Virus record (IMG/VR): IMGVR_UViG_3300010399_000006
Coordinates: 1 to 64,000 of that record
DNA from: a virus
Reading direction: 5' to 3' (one strand)
Length of the DNA: 64,000 nt
In this document: in pieces, positions 57,358 through 64,000 of the stretch
Layout: every line of letters begins with the position of its first letter
How positions within the stretch are numbered: the stretch's first letter is position 1
Position numbers and translations under genes: made by a program
The notes under the pieces: model-generated
The model's database searches: none
What the model saw: the letters and a program-made list of their open reading frames with translations, nothing else
Told to the model about the DNA's origin: nothing

Positions 57358-57485
57358 TCCATCTGTGGATCAGTCCATCAGAGGTACGTTCACAGTGGTT
57401 AAGGTGGAGGGAGAGAGGTGCGGGTCGTATCTACTTCCGTCATCATTGGAACATAGAAATAGTTCGCTGATGTGGCTAATTCATA

Positions 57486-57514
57486 TTGACTTTGGTACAT
57501 ACCGGATGTATATT
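57486..57514 (+). promoter_or_regulatory. early promoter with GGTACATACC in the spacer
   Basis: TTGACT-17-TATATT; ATG 6 nt downstream (leaderless). Confidence 0.72.
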
Positions 57515-57520
57515 GATTGC

Positions 57521-58069
57521 ATGCAAACCGAGCAAAAACTCCTACACGCCACCTGCCGTCGTTGCGATTGGGAACGCCGTGAGGACGAGTACGAAACATA
57601 CTGCCGACCGGATGTGCTGCATGATTACCCGACGCCGGAAGGTATTGCAGTCAGCACGCGACGGGCGGCCCTGCGAGCATGGTTCGAGTCTCATCCTAAC
57701 GCAATGTACGCGTATGAGTTCTTCGACGGGCGAATCATCGAAGAGTCAGCCTACGTTGCCTCCCTCACGTCGCGCACAGCGCGGCTAGTAGCTATCGCGT
57801 CGGACGGCTTTCCGGCGCTGAGATCGCGCTATACGGTGGATCTGCCGGCGGCCGTGCGGAAGCTGCAAGAGGACATCGCAGCGGGATACGCGGCTGCCGC
57901 GCGAATCGGAGCAAAGTCAATCGTGCGGTTCCACGGGCGGCGCAGCATCGAGCAGGAGCAGGACCAGGGGGAGCAGGAGTTACCGCCGTGCGTCCTAGCA
58001 ATGGGTTGCTACTGCGCCGGGCATGCACGCGGGAATCCGAGCAGCGCGGCGTGTGATACGACCGAATGA
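57521..58069 (+). CDS. hypothetical early protein
   Basis: Leaderless ATG after the promoter. Confidence 0.55.
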   Translation: MQTEQKLLHATCRRCDWERREDEYETYCRPDVLHDYPTPEGIAVSTRRAALRAWFESHPNAMYAYEFFDGRIIEESAYVASLTSRTARLVAIASDGFPALRSRYTVDLPAAVRKLQEDIAAGYAAAARIGAKSIVRFHGRRSIEQEQDQGEQELPPCVLAMGCYCAGHARGNPSSAACDTTE

Positions 58070-58099
58070 AGCGGACAAAGGAAGAGGAGAGGAACGGCA

Positions 58100-58462
58100 A
58101 TGAACGCGACGAACAGAGTACCGGTTGGAATCAACTTCTGCGACCACGGACACCATACCGACGACGAGACACGATTGCTCCCGATCGGTGGGGGTGGCAA
58201 CGTCATCGTTTGCTTCACTCACTGGGAGTATGAACTGCGATTCAGGCGGGAGCGCATCGCGGCTGGCGTGCCTTTCGATCTGCCTGAGTGGAAATCGCTG
58301 GCGATCTACGGCACTGAAGCTGTGCAGCAACCGGCCCGGCGAATCGGCGCCGGAGAACTGGCAGCGTACGAGCGAGTTCCCAGTGTTCGGGTACAGCTGC
58401 ACTGCCTGTGGCGGGCGGTTTCGCAGCGACGAACGGACACCCTACGCGAACCTGAACGGTAA
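58100..58462 (+). CDS. hypothetical early protein (possibly a fused gene pair)
   Basis: RBS GAGGAG; coding-like signal moves to another frame near 58325. Confidence 0.5.
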   Translation: MNATNRVPVGINFCDHGHHTDDETRLLPIGGGGNVIVCFTHWEYELRFRRERIAAGVPFDLPEWKSLAIYGTEAVQQPARRIGAGELAAYERVPSVRVQLHCLWRAVSQRRTDTLREPER

Positions 58463-58584
58463 GCCGTTCGAAGCGTACCGCTGCGACGTTTGCCACAACG
58501 CGGCAGTGGGCGTGTAGCGGGCGTTGACTCTCGCGCACTCCTCACCACGAGTAGCGGGGTGGGGAGGGTGGGAGGTTCAAACCA

Positions 58585-58725
58585 ATGGATCAAATTCAGA
58601 GCACTACGGTTCAGGTTTCCTACTTGCTTGAAACCGCCGTTGCTATAGTCGCATTCAGCGTCGGCATCACCGTTTGGCTGTTGTTCGTGGCGTGGCCGTG
58701 GCCGTTCGCTGTTTCGGTGGGTTGA
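58585..58725 (+). CDS. 46-aa TM peptide
   Basis: RBS GGAGG after a GC-rich hairpin; hydrophobic helix. Confidence 0.5.
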   Translation: MDQIQSTTVQVSYLLETAVAIVAFSVGITVWLLFVAWPWPFAVSVG

Positions 58726-58800
58726 CGACAGTAAGGTGACGGTTGCGCTGCTGCACACTCGCGAACCCTGGGCGACTGTGCAGCGAGCGGAGGTGTCACC

Positions 58801-58995
58801 GTGAGCGGAACATTCAAAGTGGAGTTCAGTACCGATAACGCAGCATTCGAGTGCGACGGAGCGACGGTAACGGGTCGCAACATCGAGATCGCCCGCATTC
58901 TGCGTCAGATCGCGGAGCAGGTGGACAACGATGAGGAGTCCGGCAGCGTGCGCGACGCGAACGGCAACAAGGTCGGAACGTGGGGTGTCAAGTGA
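58801..58995 (+). CDS. small hypothetical protein
   Basis: RBS GGAGGTG; TDNAAF...EIARILR...RDANGNKVG phage-type pattern. Confidence 0.65.
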   Translation: MSGTFKVEFSTDNAAFECDGATVTGRNIEIARILRQIAEQVDNDEESGSVRDANGNKVGTWGVK

Positions 58996-59264
58996 AGCGG
59001 GCAAGCATCGCCACTGCTCTGCTGTTCGTCGCCACAACCGCCGTAGCAGCCGTCACGCCCACCACTCCGCCGAAGTGGTACGTGGCCCGAGTGCGCCACG
59101 TGCAGGGCACCGAGATTCGGCCGGCGTGTGGTGAGCTGTATGGGCCATTCCGCAAGGGTGAGATCGCTGCCGAGTTCTGCTCGCACATCCCGACGCCCGC
59201 CTACAGTTGCACCGTTGAGCCTGTGCTGCCGCGTAGTGAGTGGATGAGGAAGGGGGCACGATGA
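58992..59264 (+). CDS. small secreted protein
   Basis: GTGA overlap; signal peptide KRASIATALLFVATTAVAA. Confidence 0.55.
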   Translation: MKRASIATALLFVATTAVAAVTPTTPPKWYVARVRHVQGTEIRPACGELYGPFRKGEIAAEFCSHIPTPAYSCTVEPVLPRSEWMRKGAR

Positions 59265-59530
59265 AAACGATCTACAAGTACCCCTTCCGTCCGACCGATC
59301 GAATCGTTATCGACATGCCCGAGGGAGCCGAAATTCTCTGCGTCCAGATGCAGCACGGCACCCCGCAGGTGTGGGCCGTGGTCAATCCCGATGCGATGCC
59401 GAAAGCTCGCGTTCTCTGCCTGCGTGGCACTGGTCACGCGATGAAAGGTAATGAGGGCCACTACGTTGGCACGTTCCAGATGGACGGTGGAATGCTGGTG
59501 TTCCATCTGTTCGAGGCGGTGCAGTCATGA
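59261..59530 (+). CDS. conserved phage hypothetical protein
   Basis: MKTIYKY...GAEILCVQ.Q...GTGH...YVGTFQ...LVFHLFE. Confidence 0.7.
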   Translation: MKTIYKYPFRPTDRIVIDMPEGAEILCVQMQHGTPQVWAVVNPDAMPKARVLCLRGTGHAMKGNEGHYVGTFQMDGGMLVFHLFEAVQS

Positions 59531-59712
59531 GCGCCACCTACGCCGACTCCCTCCGCGAGTTGCAGCACGCCGCCCAGGACACCATTGACCGGATCGAGCG
59601 CAAGTACAACGGCAGGACGCGCGTCGAGATGGTCAGGCGGGAGTGTGAGAGGGAGAGTGATGTGGAGATCCGCGCGGCGTTGCGCGAAGGAGGTACCCGT
59701 GGCTTGGATTGA
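59527..59712 (+). CDS. small hypothetical protein
   Basis: ATGA overlap. Confidence 0.5.
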   Translation: MSATYADSLRELQHAAQDTIDRIERKYNGRTRVEMVRRECERESDVEIRAALREGGTRGLD

Positions 59713-60061
59713 TGCGATGCTGCCTGCCGAACAGTGGCACCGAGAGAACGTCATGCGCGAGACGTGGGGTCATCTCGCACCGAAGCGGAACAAATCCTAT
59801 CGCGGGTTCATCACCTTCGCGATCGGCTGCTACGACTCCGGCGAGCTGAATCCGACCGTCCTGGCATGCGAGCTGGACGAGTTAGAAGACTCGCCATGGC
59901 TCTACGACGAGTTGAATGATTGGTTGCAATCTACGTCCGACCAGTACCAAGTTGGATGCGTCTACAGGTTCGTCGGCAAGTTCCGAAACTACCAGTTCGT
60001 CGGCGAGACCGTGAAGGTCTTCGATAGCTCCACGGCGTTGCGCGGGGCGGTGCAATCGTGA
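59699..60061 (+). CDS. hypothetical protein
   Basis: RBS AAGGAGG; TWGHLAP, SPWLY. Confidence 0.6.
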   Translation: MAWIDAMLPAEQWHRENVMRETWGHLAPKRNKSYRGFITFAIGCYDSGELNPTVLACELDELEDSPWLYDELNDWLQSTSDQYQVGCVYRFVGKFRNYQFVGETVKVFDSSTALRGAVQS

Positions 60062-60218
60062 CCACCTCCGCCCCCTGCCCCGTATGCCAGTCGCCGACTC
60101 CGATCCAAACGGACAGCGAGAACGGCGAGCGGTACTTCGCCATCCACTTCGACGAAACAAGCATCAGTCCCGATCCCGGCGTGTGCGCTGGGACGTACAA
60201 GGATTTTGAGGAGGTTCA

Positions 60219-60683
60219 ATGAACACTTTTGGTTATCGGCACGCCCGCGCAATGGGAATTCCGACTCGTCGCCGTCGCCGCGTCGTGACCCGCGCGAACA
60301 GCAAGCGAGCGCACAACCTAGCACCGCCGTCGTGGGTCGATGAGGTTGTCGCCGAAGTTCGCGATCTCATGGGGTTCTACTCCAAGCGGCTTCTTATCCT
60401 GTGGCGCAAGTCACCCACGTCAAAGCTCAGCTCCGGCCATACGAAAGTGAAAGCGGGCGAGATCGTCATCACCGCCGGTTCGTGCGAATGGGACCAAGGC
60501 GATACGCTGCTCCATGAGCTGGCGCATTGGCTCCTGCCGCGCGGCGTGAATCACCGGCTCCGCTTTTGGCGGTTGTATTGGCAACTCATCGATCACTTCG
60601 GGTTGGATCGCGGCAAGGCCCTTCAGCGCGCGGAGGCGTACCGGAAACGTGCGGCGGTGGCATTCACGGAGACATCGCTATGA
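60219..60683 (+). CDS. HExxH zinc metalloprotease-like (SprT/M48-like) protein
   Basis: TLLHELAH...NH...FW. Confidence 0.65.
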   Translation: MNTFGYRHARAMGIPTRRRRRVVTRANSKRAHNLAPPSWVDEVVAEVRDLMGFYSKRLLILWRKSPTSKLSSGHTKVKAGEIVITAGSCEWDQGDTLLHELAHWLLPRGVNHRLRFWRLYWQLIDHFGLDRGKALQRAEAYRKRAAVAFTETSL

Positions 60684-60949
60684 CCCTCATCCACACAGCA
60701 ACCGTGAAGCTTTCCCCGCGTTGGATCGAGCACTCACCCGACACCGACCGTAACGGGATGATGCAGTGCGGGAAGGTTCCGCCGCGCACGCCCGCCGCCG
60801 TCATCCGCTCAGAGGCATGGGTCTGCCCCGCTGATCTCATTGGAGAGCGGCACACGCACTGCGCGGGTTGCGGACGCCTCGTAAGCAGTGGTGATTGGGA
60901 CGCGAAGTCGATCGCGGAATTCACGCTGGGCATCGGAGGCCCATCGTGA
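60680..60949 (+). CDS. small Cys-containing protein
   Basis: ATGA overlap; CAGCG. Confidence 0.5.
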   Translation: MTLIHTATVKLSPRWIEHSPDTDRNGMMQCGKVPPRTPAAVIRSEAWVCPADLIGERHTHCAGCGRLVSSGDWDAKSIAEFTLGIGGPS

Positions 60950-61028
60950 CCACCTGCCCGAAGTGCCACGCCACATTCCGGGTCGCGGTGCCACGTTGCC
61001 CGTATTGCGGAACGAAGAGGAGAACGAA

Positions 61029-61274
61029 ATGACGCGAGAAGAATTGGCTACCGAAATCGAGCGATGGGAGCCGTATATGTCCAGTGCGTCGCTCGTCGTT
61101 TTGTCTCAGATTCGGCGCGGGTTGAGGCTGACCGGCACGCCCGTCGAAGTTTCCGAGTTGTTCGCCGAACTGATAGCGCCGCACATGCGCGAGCAGGCAC
61201 GAATGGAACTGCGCCCGCTCGATGAGAATCTGAAACCCGCCACGACGAAGGCGGAAAGGATGGATCGCTCATGA
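61029..61274 (+). CDS. hypothetical protein
   Basis: RBS GAGGAG. Confidence 0.5.
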   Translation: MTREELATEIERWEPYMSSASLVVLSQIRRGLRLTGTPVEVSELFAELIAPHMREQARMELRPLDENLKPATTKAERMDRS

Positions 61275-61468
61275 GCTTCGTTGACGATTTCGATTTGGAC
61301 AACTACGAGACAGTTGAAGAGTTGAGGGAAGCGCGTTCGGACATTCGGAGCGAGATCAGTGTCCTAAATCAGTACGTGGCTGGTATCAACGCCAAAATCA
61401 TTCTGCTCGAAGTAGCCGAGAGCGACCGACTCGACGCGATCGACGCGGAAAGGATGGACGGGCGATGA
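61271..61468 (+). CDS. small acidic coiled-coil protein
   Basis: ATGA overlap. Confidence 0.55.
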   Translation: MSFVDDFDLDNYETVEELREARSDIRSEISVLNQYVAGINAKIILLEVAESDRLDAIDAERMDGR

Positions 61469-61686
61469 GCAATCAGCCGAAAGTTGCCTACGAAGAAACG
61501 TACAAGCGTGGTGCGATGGTAATCATGAAAGACCATCTGCCGGTGTGTGGACATCTGATGAGCGGCGCCGTGGTCCTCTCCGCTGAGTTGCTAAAGGCGG
61601 GCACGCTCGACGACGGGACCGAATTCCAGAACATCCGACTGGTCATTCAGCCGCCACCCGACACCGCCGCGAAGGGGGGCGAGTGA
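61465..61686 (+). CDS. hypothetical protein
   Basis: ATGA overlap. Confidence 0.5.
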   Translation: MSNQPKVAYEETYKRGAMVIMKDHLPVCGHLMSGAVVLSAELLKAGTLDDGTEFQNIRLVIQPPPDTAAKGGE

Positions 61687-61961
61687 TGCTCTGTTTGGAA
61701 TGCAAGCGACTCCGTCAGAAGTGCCCTACGTGCCGACTGGTAGGCGAGCGTGACCGCCTTAAGCGAGAGAACGCGACGCTTCGGAGTGCGCTGGAGCCGT
61801 TCGTGCGGTTCATCGTGACTTTCGATGCGATGGGCTTGGCTTCGAACGATGATGTTTTCTACGTGGCGCGCTGCGAGAAAACTCGCGCGTCGCTCCGGCT
61901 GTCGGAGTTCCGCACCGCCCGCGAAGCACTCGCATCGCTGGACAAGAAGGAAGGTGAGTGA
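61683..61961 (+). CDS. hypothetical protein (CxxC x2, LEPF motif)
   Basis: GTGA overlap. Confidence 0.55.
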   Translation: MMLCLECKRLRQKCPTCRLVGERDRLKRENATLRSALEPFVRFIVTFDAMGLASNDDVFYVARCEKTRASLRLSEFRTAREALASLDKKEGE

Positions 61962-62347
61962 TGGCGGTACCAGAAACGAAGGCTGAGACGTTGCGGCAAT
62001 GGGTCGTTAAGTGGCTCATCGAGGCAGACTACTGCAACACAAACGGAGTCATTCACGGTGACGGCGTTGGCAGCGAGTACACCGTCCATGTGCTGCCTGT
62101 CGGTGAGTTGGAACGGTTGCGGAAGCACAACGAGCTGCTGCGTCGGGATGTAGTTTATCGTGCCGAATTGGGAGGGCGGCAGTCCGTGCTCATCGAGAAG
62201 TACGAGATCCTACTGGCCGACGTTCACGCGCTCATTTCGAACGGTACTCAACGCGCCAGCATCATCGCAACCATCGACAGGCGGCACGATGCCATCACTG
62301 AGTACGATCGCGAGACGAAGCGTGAGACGAAGGGAACACCATCATGA
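61958..62347 (+). CDS. hypothetical protein
   Basis: GTGA overlap. Confidence 0.5.
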   Translation: MMAVPETKAETLRQWVVKWLIEADYCNTNGVIHGDGVGSEYTVHVLPVGELERLRKHNELLRRDVVYRAELGGRQSVLIEKYEILLADVHALISNGTQRASIIATIDRRHDAITEYDRETKRETKGTPS

Positions 62348-62742
62348 GCAAGAGCGAGAAATGGGCCACGCGATACCGTACGATCAAATGCCGCAACTGT
62401 GGACGCACGAGGGCTATCGAACGTCCGAAGGTAGTATGCCATCGTTGCGTAGATCATCGTTGGCAGCGTGAGCGCGGCGGTTGTACGGCCGAACTGCACC
62501 ACGGTCCTGGGCATCAATCAACCACGTACTGTGAGGTCCAATCCGGCAAGCACCGGAAAGAGGGCGGACGGATAGTCCACTCGGCCCGCTACAATAGTGG
62601 CGAGATGGTATGGCATGGGCGGCACGGATGCACTGGCTACTTCGATGAACCGACTGATGACCCGAAAAGCGGCGAACGGTGGGAAGGGGCCAGAGGTGCG
62701 CTCTACTCGTCGAAGACGCGGGCCGATGAGAGTGAGAGATGA
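62344..62742 (+). CDS. Cys/His-rich hypothetical protein
   Basis: CRNC, CHRC, HHGPGHQS. Confidence 0.55.
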   Translation: MSKSEKWATRYRTIKCRNCGRTRAIERPKVVCHRCVDHRWQRERGGCTAELHHGPGHQSTTYCEVQSGKHRKEGGRIVHSARYNSGEMVWHGRHGCTGYFDEPTDDPKSGERWEGARGALYSSKTRADESER

Positions 62743-63047
62743 GGAAGAGGGACGAAGCGATGAGAGAGACGAACGAACAACCAGACATGATCCACATCGC
62801 CGTGACCAAGAGAGCGGCGGAGTTCTACGCACTACTGCTGACCCGATTGGGCGGCAATCCGAACGGACCACGAAAAGAGATCGCCACTGACGTATTGGAT
62901 CAACTAGAAGTGCAGGGCGTGACGTTCTCCGGACTGCCGAAGTATCTTGAGCTACGGGAGTACTTCAATCGTGGACAAGATCCGGTGCTGCCGTATCTAG
63001 CGGAGCGGTGGCCGGAAGCCGTACGCGAGAGGAAGGGGACGAAGTGA
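62739..63047 (+). CDS. hypothetical protein
   Basis: ATGA overlap. Confidence 0.5.
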   Translation: MRKRDEAMRETNEQPDMIHIAVTKRAAEFYALLLTRLGGNPNGPRKEIATDVLDQLEVQGVTFSGLPKYLELREYFNRGQDPVLPYLAERWPEAVRERKGTK

Positions 63048-63265
63048 TGACCGGTGACGGTAACAATCGACCACCATTCTGGCAGGCAGTTGACTACGGA
63101 ATTGAACGGGCACCAATCTTAGGTGGATGGCTGGTCCGTACGTACTTCACGATTTGGGATGATCGCGGAGGGCGTGAGGACAGGAACGCCGGAATTACGT
63201 TTGTTCCAGATCCAAAACATGTGTGGAGTCCGTTCTTCCCGAAAACGGGAGAGGATGACAGGTGA
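63044..63265 (+). CDS. hypothetical protein
   Basis: GGWLVR...ITFVPDPKHVW phage-type pattern. Confidence 0.6.
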   Translation: MMTGDGNNRPPFWQAVDYGIERAPILGGWLVRTYFTIWDDRGGREDRNAGITFVPDPKHVWSPFFPKTGEDDR

Positions 63266-63480
63266 AGCGAATGCGACAACTCTCATATTGGATTAAAGAG
63301 CGGTGCAACCCACAACTCGGTACGTACTACGTAGCGTGCGGACAGTTGACTGTTGCCGAGGCTAAGCGCATGGAGCGCACTATCTACGGCGACAACACCA
63401 TGCTCCGGTTCGCTACCAAAGAGTTGTACGACGCTAAGCTGGATGAGTTGCGCAAGGCCGGAAAGCGGGTGCAATCGTGA
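63262..63480 (+). CDS. hypothetical protein
   Basis: YWIKER.NPQLG.YYVACGQL pattern. Confidence 0.6.
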   Translation: MKRMRQLSYWIKERCNPQLGTYYVACGQLTVAEAKRMERTIYGDNTMLRFATKELYDAKLDELRKAGKRVQS

Positions 63481-63559
63481 TGATTGCATTCTTCCGTCTG
63501 CGGTGTGAGTTCGGTTGGTATCGATACGCCATCCGTCGCCACATCTGGAGGGCAAAACC

Positions 63560-63790
63560 ATGAAGGGTCCAACGAAGATAGAGGATCGTATCGACCAGCT
63601 ATACCGGTGGATGCAGACCGTTCACGCAGACCGGTACGCACGAATGGGCCAAGGACTACCGGCCGTGGAACGAGAAGCCGAAAGACAAGCGGCACAGGTG
63701 TGCGGAGTACTGCGATCATTCTGTCTATCACATCGAGTGTGGGTGTGGAGTGGGTCGCAAGGCCACCAAGGAAGAGTTCAATCGAGCTAG
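63560..63790 (+). CDS. hypothetical protein
   Basis: RBS GGAGG. Confidence 0.45.
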   Translation: MKGPTKIEDRIDQLYRWMQTVHADRYARMGQGLPAVEREAERQAAQVCGVLRSFCLSHRVWVWSGSQGHQGRVQSS

Positions 63791-64000
63791 TGAGGCATAC
63801 GGTGGTTACTGAGGAGGAGATACGATGAGCGGGGTACTGAATCCAGCAATGCATGCGCAACGACCAACCAAACAGGCCGCCAGCACAACCGTGTCACTAC
63901 CACCGATCGAGATGGTAGAGGTATCAGTCTCTTTCAGGTGTAGCACCCGGCGATGCTTCAAAGCCAAGATCCGGCTGCGTACCAAAGACATTTTCGAACA

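Noticed and set aside
1-64000. Stop-codon reassignment
   Set aside because: Standard-code ORFs tile the genome densely, and TAG, TGA and TAA all end credible genes

Overview
This window looks like most of a double-stranded DNA tailed-phage genome of moderately high GC. It is probably podovirus-like, because no tape measure or tail tube is recognisable. Layout: (i) 1-19.8 kb, + strand: replication/repair module (DinG-type helicase, PD-(D/E)XK nuclease, NADAR, AAA ATPase, ERCC4 nuclease, SLOG protein, UDG-fused family A polymerase, three HNH-type endonucleases) followed by accessory genes (lipoproteins, vWA, propeller/PKD protein). (ii) 19.8-46.7 kb, - strand: terminase, portal, scaffold, major capsid, tailspike, adaptor, nozzle, tail fibre, probable ejection proteins and a lysis cassette with an M15 endolysin. 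(iii) 46.9-56.1 kb, + strand: GroES-like gene, HTH regulator, HerA/DUF87 ATPase, H1-like protein and an RNA-rich locus with tRNA-Arg(UCU). (iv) 56.5-57.5 kb: non-coding region with iteron-like repeats. (v) 57.5-64 kb: many small early-type ORFs. No primase, integrase or CRISPR array was seen; they may lie outside the window. The most unusual signals are non-coding: a tRNA body whose anticodon loop is replaced by a UUCG-capped helix, several intergenic structured-RNA candidates (including a roughly 330-nt pseudoknot-rich one next to the tRNA), a strongly over-represented palindrome GTACGTAC, and a related palindrome GGTAYRTACC inside sigma70-type promoters. All product calls come from motif recognition by eye, and RNA structures from manual base-pairing.
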